DNA of 64,000 bases, taken from assembly GCA_041178425.1 (NCBI GenBank), contig JBEGVH010000010.1:96001-160000 (forward strand). The letters run 5' to 3'. Under the pieces are notes generated by a model. That model ran no database searches and was not told where the DNA came from. It was given only the letters and a program-made list of their open reading frames with translations. Shown piece by piece: positions 20,158 to 30,786 of this stretch; the first letter of the stretch is position 1; each line of letters begins with the position of its first letter. A program made the translations under genes and the position numbers. Source of the stretch: Pseudomonadota bacterium (lineage in GTDB: Bacteria > Bdellovibrionota > Bdellovibrionia > Bdellovibrionales > Bdellovibrionaceae).

Positions 20158-23100
20158 ATGACAACACAAAAAAATCAAAACCAATCGCCCTATTCTTCCG
20201 TAAAACCAGATGTGAATTTAGCTAAGCAAGAGGAATCGATTCTAGATTTCTGGGATCAAGAGAAAATCTTTGCGCAAACAATGGACCCAAACAAAAAGAC
20301 TTATAGTTTTTACGATGGCCCTCCCTTTGCGACAGGACTTCCTCACTATGGTCACTTGCTTGCGGGGGTTTTGAAAGACGTTGTGCCACGATACTGGTCT
20401 ATGAAGGGCTATAACGTTCCAAGACGTTTTGGTTGGGATTGTCATGGCCTCCCCGTCGAGTATGAAATTAACAAGGCTCACAAAATTGAAAGTCGCAAAG
20501 ACGTTCTTAAAATGGGCGTGGCTCAATACAATGGCCTTTGCCGTTCCATCGTAAAAAGATATTCTGAAGAATGGAAAACAACGGTTCGTCGCGTGGGTCG
20601 CTGGGTAGATATGGAAAACCCCTACTTCACTATGGACGTGAGCTTCATGCAAAGTGTTTGGTGGGTGTTTCAAGAAATGTACAAAAAAGGCCTCATCTAT
20701 GAGGGCTATAAAGTTGTTCCTTACTCAGTTGGCATTTCGACACCGCTTTCCAATTTTGAAGCCAACTTAAATTATAAAATGGTTCAAGACCCTGCGATCA
20801 CAATCCTCTTTGAACTAAACAATAAGCCTAACACTTATATGATGGCCTGGACGACAACTCCTTGGACCCTTCCTTCGAATCTAGGCTTGGCAGTTGGCGA
20901 AGAAATTGATTACGTCACCGTTAAAGAAAAAGCGACTGGTCGACAACTAATTCTTGCGCAAGCACTTCTTGGCTCAAGTTTTAAAAATGCAGAGGCCGAA
21001 GTTGAAATCATCGAAACCGTTAAAGGGAAGCAACTCCTTGGCTTAACTTACAAACCTCTTTTTGATTTCTTCAAAGATAAAGCGACGGAGGGCGCTTTCC
21101 GAGTGATTTCTTCTGATCACGTGACCACCGAAAGCGGTACTGGTGTGGTTCATATGGCACCGGCTTTCGGGGAGGAAGATTACTACGCGTGTTTAAAAGC
21201 TAATATTCCTTTGGTGAACCCAGTTGATGACGATGGGATGTTCACGGCGGAGGTTCCTCCCTATCAAGGAAAGCGAGTTAAAGAAGCCGATAAAGACATT
21301 ATCGCCGATATCAAGAAAAACGGCCTCCTCTTCAAACATGAAACTCTTCAGCATAGTTACCCTTATTGCTATCGATCAGACACTCCGCTCATTTACAAAG
21401 CGGTCTCCAGTTGGTTTGTAGCCGTTGAGAAAATTAAAGATAATCTCGTTAAAAATAATCAAACGACAGCTTGGGTTCCCGATCATTTACGCGATGGCCG
21501 GTTTGGCAATTGGCTTGAGAATGCTCGTGATTGGGCCGTTTCGAGAAATCGCTTCTGGGGAACTCCGATTCCTATTTGGCGAAATGCCGAAGGTGAGATG
21601 ATCTGCATTGGTTCAAAGGCCGAGCTTGAAAAGCTCTCTGGCAAAACAATCAACGATTTACATATCGACGTGGTTGACCAAATTACCATTCCCTCACCTA
21701 CTGGTAAGTCACCATTAAAGCGCATTGAAGGCGTTTTTGATTGCTGGTTTGAATCAGGCTCCATGCCCTATGCACAATGGGGATATCCAGAAGCCAATCA
21801 AGAAGACTTCAAAAAGGCATTCCCTGCTGAATTTATTGCTGAAGGACTCGATCAAACCCGAGGCTGGTTCTATACGCTAATGGTTATTGGAACCGCCTTA
21901 TTCGACAAAGCTCCATTTAAAAACGTCATCGTCAACGGGCTTGTGCTCGCCGAAGACGGCCGCAAGATGTCTAAGAGTTTACGAAACTATCCAGACCCGA
22001 TGGATGTTCTCAATAAACACGGCGCCGATGCCCTTCGACTTTATCTGATTGATTCTCCCGTAGTGAAAGCACAAGAGCTTCGTTTCTCTGAAAAAGGAGT
22101 TTTCGATGTTGTTCGTAAAATCCTTTTACGATGGTGGAACTCTTACTCCTTCTTTACGAACTACGCTAATATCGATGGCTTCATCCCCAAAGGCGACGCT
22201 CAGAACTCACCCAATATTCTCGACCAATGGGTGCTCTCTCGGTTGCATGGCCTCATTGCCAACACCCAAAAAGAAATGGATGCTTACCGCCTCTACAATG
22301 TAGTGCCGCAGCTCTTGCAGTTTATCGAAGACCTCACCAACACCTATATTCGCTTCAATCGAAGTGTTTTCTGGGAAGAGGGGATGCCGGAGTCTAAGCG
22401 TTTCGCCTACGAGACTCTTCACATGGTTTTGGTGACTCTCGCTAAATTGATGGCTCCGTTTGCTCCATTTATGAGTGAAGTAACATACAAGAACCTCAGC
22501 CAGGTCATGGCCAATAAAAAAACATCGGTGCATCTTGAAAACTACCCTGAGGCCGATTTAAAGATGTTACGCCCAGAATTAGAAGAAGCTGTGAAAGCCA
22601 TGGATGCACTCGTGGCACTTGGTCGTAATCACCGCGAAAAAATTCAGGTGAAAGCGAAAATTCCTCTCAAAAAGATTCGAATCATTCATCGCAGCGCCAG
22701 CGTGCTCGAAACTTTGAAACGGTTTGAGCCCTTCTTTGTTGATGAACTCAATTTTAGAGAAGTCGTATACGATGCCAACGAAGATCACTACGTGCAAATC
22801 TCGGCGAAAGCGAACTTTCCGGTCTTAGGTAAACGGCTTGGATCTAAAATGAAATCGGTTGGTGCAGCCATCCAAAAGCTCACCCTCGAAGAAATTATTC
22901 GCCTCGAAAAGGGTGAAACTCTCAAAATCGAGGGCGAAGACATCACTCTCGCTGAAGTTGAAATTCGTCGCTCCGCCAAGGGAGATAATCCTAATTTAAC
23001 AACTCACCAAATTGTGTCGATCGAAGTCGATCCAACGGTCACTCCAGAGCAAGAGCGTGAAGGTTTGGCTCGTGAGGTAATGAGAAAAGTGCAAGCAGCT

Positions 23101-23331
23101 CGCAAATCGGCTGATTTTCGGTTGGATGACAAAATCACTCTAGAGATTGCGTGTTCGTCTGTACTTGCAGAAGCGATCAATGAACATAAGAACACATTGG
23201 TTTCAGAGACCCTGGCAAAATCATTTAGTTTACTCGCTGCCACTGAAGTTCCGAAAGGGTTTCATGTTGAGGAACTCGATATTGACGGAGAAGTTCTCAA
23301 AATTGGTGTGACGGCAGTACCGCGAGCATAG
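20158..23331 (+). CDS. ileS: Isoleucine--tRNA ligase, type 2
   Basis: DGPPFATGLPHYGH, GWDCHGLP, WTTTPWTLP, EGLDQTRGWF, KMSKS; long C-terminus without the type-1 Zn finger. Confidence 0.98.
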   Translation: MTTQKNQNQSPYSSVKPDVNLAKQEESILDFWDQEKIFAQTMDPNKKTYSFYDGPPFATGLPHYGHLLAGVLKDVVPRYWSMKGYNVPRRFGWDCHGLPVEYEINKAHKIESRKDVLKMGVAQYNGLCRSIVKRYSEEWKTTVRRVGRWVDMENPYFTMDVSFMQSVWWVFQEMYKKGLIYEGYKVVPYSVGISTPLSNFEANLNYKMVQDPAITILFELNNKPNTYMMAWTTTPWTLPSNLGLAVGEEIDYVTVKEKATGRQLILAQALLGSSFKNAEAEVEIIETVKGKQLLGLTYKPLFDFFKDKATEGAFRVISSDHVTTESGTGVVHMAPAFGEEDYYACLKANIPLVNPVDDDGMFTAEVPPYQGKRVKEADKDIIADIKKNGLLFKHETLQHSYPYCYRSDTPLIYKAVSSWFVAVEKIKDNLVKNNQTTAWVPDHLRDGRFGNWLENARDWAVSRNRFWGTPIPIWRNAEGEMICIGSKAELEKLSGKTINDLHIDVVDQITIPSPTGKSPLKRIEGVFDCWFESGSMPYAQWGYPEANQEDFKKAFPAEFIAEGLDQTRGWFYTLMVIGTALFDKAPFKNVIVNGLVLAEDGRKMSKSLRNYPDPMDVLNKHGADALRLYLIDSPVVKAQELRFSEKGVFDVVRKILLRWWNSYSFFTNYANIDGFIPKGDAQNSPNILDQWVLSRLHGLIANTQKEMDAYRLYNVVPQLLQFIEDLTNTYIRFNRSVFWEEGMPESKRFAYETLHMVLVTLAKLMAPFAPFMSEVTYKNLSQVMANKKTSVHLENYPEADLKMLRPELEEAVKAMDALVALGRNHREKIQVKAKIPLKKIRIIHRSASVLETLKRFEPFFVDELNFREVVYDANEDHYVQISAKANFPVLGKRLGSKMKSVGAAIQKLTLEEIIRLEKGETLKIEGEDITLAEVEIRRSAKGDNPNLTTHQIVSIEVDPTVTPEQEREGLAREVMRKVQAARKSADFRLDDKITLEIACSSVLAEAINEHKNTLVSETLAKSFSLLAATEVPKGFHVEELDIDGEVLKIGVTAVPRA

Positions 23332-23343
23332 GTTTAAAAGCCC

Positions 23344-24141
23344 GTGATCGATTACTTCTCGACACTCATTAAAAATTCTCTCAGCGGGGGATCAAAGCAA
23401 TCGTTAACGTATTGCTTTGATCCTATTGGTTTTGTCGAGTCTCCTTTCAAAGATAAGTATGGAGTGCCCCGGCAACCTCAACTGGCTTCGTCAGCAAAGG
23501 GAAAAATTAAATTCCGAAATGATCCAGACTTGGTCACGGCGCTCAAAACCTTAGAGCAATTTTCTCACTTGTGGGTGATCTTTGTGTTTCATGATCACGG
23601 TGGTAAAAATTGGAAACCCAGCATTCGCCCCCCTCGCCTTGGCGGAAGAACCAAGGTGGGAGTACTCTCCTCTCGTTCTCCTCATCGCCCTAATCCGATT
23701 GGCATTTCTCCGGTTAAAATTGAGTCCCTCAATATTGAAGCCGATGGCGGAGCAGAGATTCTTATTTCGGGCTTAGACTTGATTGATGGAACCCCCGTTT
23801 TAGATATCAAACCTTATATTCCCTATGCAGATTCGATTCCCTCCGCCCACGCAGGATGGGCCGCCGATGATATTAAAAAATATCCAGTGAGTTTTTCAGA
23901 TGAAGCAAAATCTTTTCTACTATCACTCAACGAACAATACGACGAGTTTTTAAATTTAATGATTCAAGTTCTAGAAATTGATCCAAGACCGGCCTATCAA
24001 AAAAGGGGTGCTCCCATCGACCAATCAGGTTCCGAAGAGCAGACCTATGGGATAGAAATTTCCGGTTTCGAAGTTAAGTACTCGATCAAGGAGGGCGGAA
24101 TTTTAGTCACGAAAATCTACCGCCCCTCGGGCACTAAGTGA
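23344..24141 (+). CDS. tsaA: tRNA (t6A37-N6)-methyltransferase TsaA/TrmO
   Basis: PIGFVESPFKDKYGVPRQ, RPPRLGG, RSPHRPNPIG, DLIDGTPVLDIKPY. Confidence 0.93.
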   Translation: MIDYFSTLIKNSLSGGSKQSLTYCFDPIGFVESPFKDKYGVPRQPQLASSAKGKIKFRNDPDLVTALKTLEQFSHLWVIFVFHDHGGKNWKPSIRPPRLGGRTKVGVLSSRSPHRPNPIGISPVKIESLNIEADGGAEILISGLDLIDGTPVLDIKPYIPYADSIPSAHAGWAADDIKKYPVSFSDEAKSFLLSLNEQYDEFLNLMIQVLEIDPRPAYQKRGAPIDQSGSEEQTYGIEISGFEVKYSIKEGGILVTKIYRPSGTK

Positions 24142-25085
24142 CAAGCCACTGAATGCCCAGATCTAATCTCGCGTAGCACTGGGGTTTCAGCTCTGCAGCG
24201 ATCTATCACTTTTGGACATCGACCCGCAAATCGACAACCATTAACCAAGTTGACTGGTGTCGGAATCTCACCCTGTAGTGGTGGCTGGTTTCTTAACCGC
24301 TCTTTTTCAGGATCGGGCTCCGGATTTGAGCCAATTAAGAGCTGGGTGTAAGGATGCTGAGGATTAAAAAAGACTTCATCGCTTTCACCGAGTTCTACGA
24401 CTGATCCTAGGTACATCACCGCCATTCTATTGCTCACATATCGCACCATAGAAAGATCATGAGCAATAAAAAGAAGCGTTAAACCAAATTTGTTTTTTAA
24501 TTCCGCCAACAAATTAATGATTTGTGCCTGAATAGACACATCAAGAGCCGAAATTGGTTCATCGCAAACCACAAATTTTGGTTCCATCGCTAGGGCCCGT
24601 GCAATACCAATCCTTTGCCTTTGTCCTCCCGAAAATTCATGGGGATATCGGGAGCCATGCTCTGCCGACAAACCTACTCTCTCCAACCACATCTGCACCT
24701 TCGCTGAAATTTCCTCCGCTCTCCATAAGCCTACAAGCTTCGGCCCCTCAGCGATGATTTCACTTACTGTCATTCGAGGATTAAGCGATGAATAGGGATC
24801 TTGAAAAATCATTTGAATCTCGGATGAGAGTCTCGCGAAATCTTTAGGCGAGTATTGTTGTGGCAGTGCCTCACCTTTATAAAGAACTTTGCCCTCTGTT
24901 TTTTCGTAAAGCCCCGCCAGGGTACGACCAAGTGTTGATTTTCCACACCCAGACTCTCCCACCAATCCCACAATTTCATTAGGATAAATAGTCAAGGTGA
25001 CTCCATCTACCGCGTGGAGAGTTTTATTTTTACCGATTTTAAAATGCTTTTTTAGATTAACTATCTCGAGAAGTGGAATCATCAC
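24117..25085 (-). CDS. oppF: Oligopeptide ABC transporter ATPase
   Basis: [33 protein letters not shown]. Confidence 0.93.
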   Translation of the reverse strand: MMIPLLEIVNLKKHFKIGKNKTLHAVDGVTLTIYPNEIVGLVGESGCGKSTLGRTLAGLYEKTEGKVLYKGEALPQQYSPKDFARLSSEIQMIFQDPYSSLNPRMTVSEIIAEGPKLVGLWRAEEISAKVQMWLERVGLSAEHGSRYPHEFSGGQRQRIGIARALAMEPKFVVCDEPISALDVSIQAQIINLLAELKNKFGLTLLFIAHDLSMVRYVSNRMAVMYLGSVVELGESDEVFFNPQHPYTQLLIGSNPEPDPEKERLRNQPPLQGEIPTPVNLVNGCRFAGRCPKVIDRCRAETPVLREIRSGHSVACHLVPEGR

Positions 25086-26062
25086 ACACCCCCCTTCGCT
25101 TGTGGATGGTGAAGCCAACATCTACCCATGTGCTGACCTTCTTGGTACTCTGGCGGCGAATGCATTTCGCATACTTTCATTGCCTGCTTGCAGCGAGCAT
25201 AAAAGCCACACCCCTTAGGAGGAGCAAAGAGATCTGGTGGCGCTCCTTCGATGGATGTGAGCTGAGCCCGAGTTCGCGAATGAGATGGCAATGCTTGCTT
25301 AAGGCCCAGGGTATAAGGATGGCGGCTCTGATAAAAAACTTCATCAACCGTACCTCTTTCAATCACCTGGCCGGCATACATAACCGCTACTTCGTCAGCC
25401 ATTCTGGCCACCACACCAAGATCATGCGTAATAATGACTAAACCCATTTTATTTTTCTTTTGTAGCTCCCTCAAAACGTTTAGAATTTGAGCCTGAATCG
25501 TAACATCCAAAGCCGTAGTAGGTTCATCGGCAATCAAGAGTTCTGGCTCGCAGGCAATCGCCATAGCAATCATTACCCTTTGGCGCATTCCTCCTGAAAA
25601 TTGAAAAGGATACTGTTTAATTCGATTTTTGGCGTCGGGAATCTGAACCTCTTCGAGAAGCTTTACAGCTTTTGAAAAAGCCTCAGACTCTGAAAGATTA
25701 TCGTGAATTAACAAAGTCTCCATGATTTGGTCGGCAACGGTCATTGTGGGATTTAACGATGTCATCGGATCTTGAAAAATCATTCCGATATGTTTGCCAC
25801 GAATCTTGTTAAGCTGGCTTACCGATGCGCCAATCATTTCTACACCATTGAACTTCGCCGAGCCGCCAACAATTTTCCCTGGAGGAGACGGTATTAGGCC
25901 TAAAATCGACTGAACAGTCACAGACTTACCACAACCCGACTCTCCAACAATGGCAAGAGTCTTCCCTTTTTCTACCTCTAAATTCACACCACGAACGGCT
26001 CTGACTTTTCCACCATAGGTAGAGAATTCAACTTGTAAATCTCGAATATTAAGTAACGACAT
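25082..26062 (-). CDS. oppD: Oligopeptide ABC transporter ATPase
   Basis: [25 protein letters not shown]. Confidence 0.93.
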   Translation of the reverse strand: MSLLNIRDLQVEFSTYGGKVRAVRGVNLEVEKGKTLAIVGESGCGKSVTVQSILGLIPSPPGKIVGGSAKFNGVEMIGASVSQLNKIRGKHIGMIFQDPMTSLNPTMTVADQIMETLLIHDNLSESEAFSKAVKLLEEVQIPDAKNRIKQYPFQFSGGMRQRVMIAMAIACEPELLIADEPTTALDVTIQAQILNVLRELQKKNKMGLVIITHDLGVVARMADEVAVMYAGQVIERGTVDEVFYQSRHPYTLGLKQALPSHSRTRAQLTSIEGAPPDLFAPPKGCGFYARCKQAMKVCEMHSPPEYQEGQHMGRCWLHHPQAKGGV

Positions 26063-26076
26063 AACCTTCTCCCTCG

Positions 26077-27498
26077 CTATTCGTTCGATCGGAGTTTCGG
26101 ATCAAGAGCATCACGAAGTCCATCGCCAAGTAGGTTGAATGAAAGAACTGTTAAACTGATGACAATCGCAGGTGCAAAAAACTCATAGGGCCGAGTGAGC
26201 AAACTCTGAATTGCATCATTACACATAGCGCCCCAAGAGGTCGCAGGAGCCGCAATTCCTAATCCAATAAAAGACAGAAAGGCCTCAGTAAAAATGGCCG
26301 ATGGAATTTGAAACGTCAGTGTTACGAGAATAACTCCTATGAGATTTGGTAACATATGCCTGGCGATCAAATAACCCGAACTCGCTCCCATCATTCTGGC
26401 CGCCTGAACAAATTCACTATTTCTAAGCTGAAGAATTTGCCCCCGCACTAAGCGGGCCGTACCAGTCCAAGATAGAACCACCAAACTTATGAGCAAGGCA
26501 GTTATTCCCGATTCGCCGGGTCCTACATTAAGAACAACCTTTAAAAGAATCATGAATAATAAAAAAGGAAGGCCGGTAATTAGATCGGTAAGCCGCATTA
26601 GAACGGTATCTATGGATCCACCAAAAAAACCTGCAACACCCCCGAGGGCAATTCCAAAAATCACCGAAAGAACAGACGCAAAAACCCCAATAAAGAGAGA
26701 GACCCGTCCCCCAGACATTAAGCGTGCGAGGATATCGCGTCCTAAGGAATCGGTCCCCAGAGGAGCGGCGGGTAAATCGATAACGGCTCCCAATTTTGCG
26801 TCAGCAACAAACGTACGAGCTGACTCAAGATCTATGGCATTCAAAACCTGCACGGGAATCGTCAAAGCCTTGTCGGTTTCTTCGCCGTTAAAATCTTTTG
26901 TAACGATAGTGTAATAGTAAAGTCGATCTTCTAGGGTTTGAATATCCTCAAAATTAAATTGTTGAGGTGTAGCGATATCTCCAACTGGTACCCCCCAACG
27001 ATCTCCTAGGGGCTCGACCTCATCACGATACACAGTATATCCACCGCCGACACCATTGGGATCCCATTCAAGCAATACTCTTTGTGTGGTCGGAGTGCTA
27101 ATCACACGAAGATTAGAGACCGATGAGATAAGTGTATGGGAATTCGCCGGGACCGTCTCAACTAGTTTAGCCAACTTTGGCTCGAAGGTCGGCGCATCAC
27201 CCACAATTACGGCCTTACGCCCGAGCGTTGGCGGAGTTGAGGGGCTCGTATTATCTTGATAGGTCGGATCAATCGTCCAAAAAAAGGGCCCTACAAAAGA
27301 AAACAAAATGAGGACGTGCGCCAAGGTAAAGGCAAATAGTGATTGTTTATTTGCAACAAAGCGCCTGAAGGCGTCTTGCCAATAGGATAAAGAGGGCCTT
27401 ACGATGCTTAACTTGGAATCTTCTTTAATCGCCGGGCGAAATAATTCGAAGTCTAATTTTGTTATTTCTTGCACCGAAAATGTCTGTTCATTACTCAT
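26077..27498 (-). CDS. oppC: Oligopeptide ABC permease with an inserted extracytoplasmic domain
   Basis: SYWQDAFRRF, LGTDSLGRD, EFVQAARMMGA, FNLLGDGLRDALDP; about 150-aa beta-rich insert. Confidence 0.9.
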   Translation of the reverse strand: MSNEQTFSVQEITKLDFELFRPAIKEDSKLSIVRPSLSYWQDAFRRFVANKQSLFAFTLAHVLILFSFVGPFFWTIDPTYQDNTSPSTPPTLGRKAVIVGDAPTFEPKLAKLVETVPANSHTLISSVSNLRVISTPTTQRVLLEWDPNGVGGGYTVYRDEVEPLGDRWGVPVGDIATPQQFNFEDIQTLEDRLYYYTIVTKDFNGEETDKALTIPVQVLNAIDLESARTFVADAKLGAVIDLPAAPLGTDSLGRDILARLMSGGRVSLFIGVFASVLSVIFGIALGGVAGFFGGSIDTVLMRLTDLITGLPFLLFMILLKVVLNVGPGESGITALLISLVVLSWTGTARLVRGQILQLRNSEFVQAARMMGASSGYLIARHMLPNLIGVILVTLTFQIPSAIFTEAFLSFIGLGIAAPATSWGAMCNDAIQSLLTRPYEFFAPAIVISLTVLSFNLLGDGLRDALDPKLRSNE

Positions 27499-27509
27499 AG
27501 ATTCAGCTC

Positions 27510-28448
27510 CTAAGCTCCAGCAATTCGAATTCGTGGATCAATAAAGCCATAGATTATATCGACAATAATAACTACGATGACGAGATAGGTTCCATAAAAT
27601 ACAGTCAGACCCATAATCACCGTGTAATCGAGCTGCTGAACGGCTTGAACAAAGTACCTCCCTAATCCAGGAATCGCGAAAACAATTTCAGCCACAAATC
27701 CGCCCGTTGTGATCGCAGCTACCGCAGGCCCAAGAAAAGTTATCACCGGCAACACCGCATTTCTGAGTTGGTGTCGAATAAAAATCTTTATCGGAGCGAC
27801 ACCTTTCGCCTTTGCCGTACGGATATAATCTTGATGAACAACTTCGAGCATGGAAGATCTCATAAGCCGAGCCAAGAAGGCCATTGTACCCAAACCGAGA
27901 ATCAGACCAGGAAGTATTAAATGGGCAAGTGTTCCCCATCCAGCCACTGGCAAGATTTCTACACCAAACTTCTTTTTGATCTCTGCAAGACCGACTTGGG
28001 CAAAAGCAGCAAATACGAAGCTAGGCACAGAAACAAAAAGAATAACCAGCGACATAATCGTACGATCAGGCCATTGATTTCTTCTGATAGCTGCCACGGC
28101 TCCACCAACGATACCCCCGAGGGCCGCGGTAATAATGGCTACCAACCCCAGAAGCGCAGACACCGGGAAGTGTTCACGAATGATGTCATTGACTGAACGA
28201 TTCTGTTGAGTGAACGATATTCCGAAATCACCCTTCAGCATATTAGTCAGAAAAGTGACGTACTGAACGAAGAGAGGCTGATTGAGACCATACTTGGTCT
28301 CTAAATTTTGACGAACCACTTCGTTGACGACCTTTGCCCGCATTAATGGGTCCCCCGGAACGGCGTGCATCGCAAAAAAAGTGATTGTAGCAATCGCATA
28401 CACCGTCATGAGTCCAATAAGAATCCGCTTCATAGCATATGAAAACAC
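27510..28448 (-). CDS. oppB: Oligopeptide ABC permease
   Basis: PGDP, GDFGIS, DYIRTAKAKG, IDPRIR. Confidence 0.93.
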   Translation of the reverse strand: MFSYAMKRILIGLMTVYAIATITFFAMHAVPGDPLMRAKVVNEVVRQNLETKYGLNQPLFVQYVTFLTNMLKGDFGISFTQQNRSVNDIIREHFPVSALLGLVAIITAALGGIVGGAVAAIRRNQWPDRTIMSLVILFVSVPSFVFAAFAQVGLAEIKKKFGVEILPVAGWGTLAHLILPGLILGLGTMAFLARLMRSSMLEVVHQDYIRTAKAKGVAPIKIFIRHQLRNAVLPVITFLGPAVAAITTGGFVAEIVFAIPGLGRYFVQAVQQLDYTVIMGLTVFYGTYLVIVVIIVDIIYGFIDPRIRIAGA

Positions 28449-28464
28449 AAAGGCTCCCTGCGGA

Positions 28465-30096
28465 TCAGTCCGCTATTTTCACATTGGTTAAGTCTGGATC
28501 CGAACCTACGGCTCTTCGAACCAAACCCTTGATTTTATCCGAGTGTGTATAAATGATAGTTCTCTCGTATGTTGGAATAATCGGGAGTTCTTCTAGAATG
28601 ATTTTTTCTGCCTTAGCCATTTCACCCATTCGAGTTTGAGTATCAACAGTTCCTAATGCATTTCTTATGTGCTGATCATAGTCTTTATTAAACCATTGAC
28701 CCGTATTGTTTCCATTCCACGAAGTAAATAAGTCCACAAAAGTCATTGGGTCTGCGTAATCAGGTCCCCAACCGGCGGAAACAATATCAAAGTCTCCAGC
28801 TCTCATTTTTGCGAGTCGTTGTTTAAAGATTTGCTTATCCACCTTCAGTTGAATTCCTAAAGTCGTCTTCAACAAATTCTGCATATACTCAGCCTCTTTA
28901 GTTGCCGTTGGACTATCTGTTGTGAGCCACACGAGACTTGGTGGGCTCTTCAACTTTAACTCTTTCATGGCAGCAGCCAAATATTGCTTACCCATAGCAA
29001 TGTCATTTTTTACGGCTATCAATGGGAACTCTTTTCGAAATGGCCCATTTACTCCATTGAGCCAAGCGGGAATCAATCCCGTACCTGGAATAGTTCCTGG
29101 GATTCCAACAATTCTACTGACATATTGATTGGCATTAAAAACAGAGCGAATAGCCTTGCGCAAATTTTTGTTTGCTGTGAGATGACCTTCGCGAAAATTA
29201 AAGCTGAAGTAAAACACAGTGCCATCAGTAAACTTCCTTAACTTAAAATGTTCCCTCTGAGCATTTGAGAGGTTTTCCTTATTAAGACCCAAAATATCAA
29301 TTTTTTGAGTCTTGAATAGATTAAAGCGAGCGGTCTCATCCGGAGTAATATAAGGAACATCGATCACATCGACATCTACGTTTTTCTTATTCCAATAAAA
29401 AGGGTTTCTCTCCATTCGAAGACTCGATCCATGAACCCAGGTGGTTAATTTAAACGGTCCGTTAAACAGCATGCTTTCAGGATTCGAAGCATACCGATCT
29501 TTCGTCCTCTGAACTAAATCCTCTCGAATGGGAAAATAGGTGGCAAAAGCTGTTAAGCCGAGAAAATACCCACAGGGCTTTTCAAACGTAACTTCGAGAG
29601 TTCGATCATCTTTAGCCACAGCACCCAGTTGCTCAAGTGGCAACTTTCCTTGATTGATAAGTTCGGCGTTCTTTATTGGATACAAGATGAACGAATATTC
29701 GCTGGCTGTCGCCGGATCCAAAGCTCGTCGCCAAGAAAAAACAAAATCTTTCGCCACCACCGGCTGCCCATCACTCCAACGAGCGTCTGCGCGTAGATAG
29801 AAAACGACGCCTTGCTCAGTTAGCGTCCATCGCTCCGCAACTCCGGGAGCTGTGTTACCATCTTTACCGTAGCGAGTAAGACCCTCCATTGAATGCCCTA
29901 AAACAAAAAAACTCTCAGAGTCTGTTGCGCGACCTGCATCTAAATTAGGAGGCTCGGTTGATAAGGCGAGAGTGACTGTTTTGAGTTTCAACTGAGAATA
30001 ACCAATAGAGGGAAAACCAAGGCAAAAAAGAACCTCGATCATGAGGGCCACTTTGATACCGTATTTTAGATAATTCAACACGCGTGGAAGGGTCAT
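28465..30096 (-). CDS. oppA: Oligopeptide ABC substrate-binding protein
   Basis: EGLTR, PGVAERW, WSDGQPVVAKDF, NGPFKL, GWGPDYADP. Confidence 0.93.
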   Translation of the reverse strand: MTLPRVLNYLKYGIKVALMIEVLFCLGFPSIGYSQLKLKTVTLALSTEPPNLDAGRATDSESFFVLGHSMEGLTRYGKDGNTAPGVAERWTLTEQGVVFYLRADARWSDGQPVVAKDFVFSWRRALDPATASEYSFILYPIKNAELINQGKLPLEQLGAVAKDDRTLEVTFEKPCGYFLGLTAFATYFPIREDLVQRTKDRYASNPESMLFNGPFKLTTWVHGSSLRMERNPFYWNKKNVDVDVIDVPYITPDETARFNLFKTQKIDILGLNKENLSNAQREHFKLRKFTDGTVFYFSFNFREGHLTANKNLRKAIRSVFNANQYVSRIVGIPGTIPGTGLIPAWLNGVNGPFRKEFPLIAVKNDIAMGKQYLAAAMKELKLKSPPSLVWLTTDSPTATKEAEYMQNLLKTTLGIQLKVDKQIFKQRLAKMRAGDFDIVSAGWGPDYADPMTFVDLFTSWNGNNTGQWFNKDYDQHIRNALGTVDTQTRMGEMAKAEKIILEELPIIPTYERTIIYTHSDKIKGLVRRAVGSDPDLTNVKIAD

Positions 30097-30157
30097 CTCA
30101 AATAGCTCCTCATAAATTACAAATAGAGCCGCCACAATGGCTCATGGGGCAGTAATT

Positions 30158-30173
30158 TGCAATGCTGATGCCA
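30158..30173 (-). promoter_or_regulatory. Putative sigma54 promoter of the opp operon
   Basis: TGGCATCAGCATTGCA, near-consensus -24/-12. Confidence 0.7.
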
Positions 30174-30203
30174 TCGTATTCGGAGCCGATTTGACTCCTG
30201 ATT

Positions 30204-30674
30204 TCAAGGCACTGGTTTGGTTTCAGACATGTTAAGGGTGGGTGAAGAATCCTTAAAAGCTTCATTCACAAACGGTGGCAATTCTGAAAAAAAATCCGAT
30301 GACCGGATCACAAACGGACCAGTATTTTCATTCTGAGCCTTCATTTGAAGGTGGTTTTTAAGCTTCTCAATTGGACCGGCAATCGCATGCGAAAGATACA
30401 AAAAGAAAAAGGAATTAAATATTAATAAAATTACGGTTCCAACAACCACGACAATTTTCAAATTAAATTCAATTTGAGAAAAAAAGCCGATCAACGACAT
30501 CGCCGTGTTTTGATCCATCATTTCGATTCGCTCAACGAAAAGCCGAATGAAATACGAATACGCAATGTAGAACAGAAAAACAATCGGCAAAGTGATCGCA
30601 AAAGAGGCAATGAGCATTTTTGTTTGGAATTCAGGATTGATAATATAACTTTTTCTTCTTCCCTTGATTGCCAC
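30204..30674 (-). CDS. Two-TM membrane protein with a HAMP-like C-terminus
   Basis: RRKSYIINPEFQ N-terminus, two TMs, SHAIAGPIEKL...IRSSDFFSEL. Confidence 0.7.
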   Translation of the reverse strand: MAIKGRRKSYIINPEFQTKMLIASFAITLPIVFLFYIAYSYFIRLFVERIEMMDQNTAMSLIGFFSQIEFNLKIVVVVGTVILLIFNSFFFLYLSHAIAGPIEKLKNHLQMKAQNENTGPFVIRSSDFFSELPPFVNEAFKDSSPTLNMSETKPVP

Positions 30675-30786
30675 GTTATCCCCTTTTCAAAAAATAAACA
30701 GATAACATTAGTTTAGGGTTTTGTGGCTGAGTTCGCAATACCTTATCTTAATTCATTGGTATCACTGTGTGCGGTCCCAATTCGTC

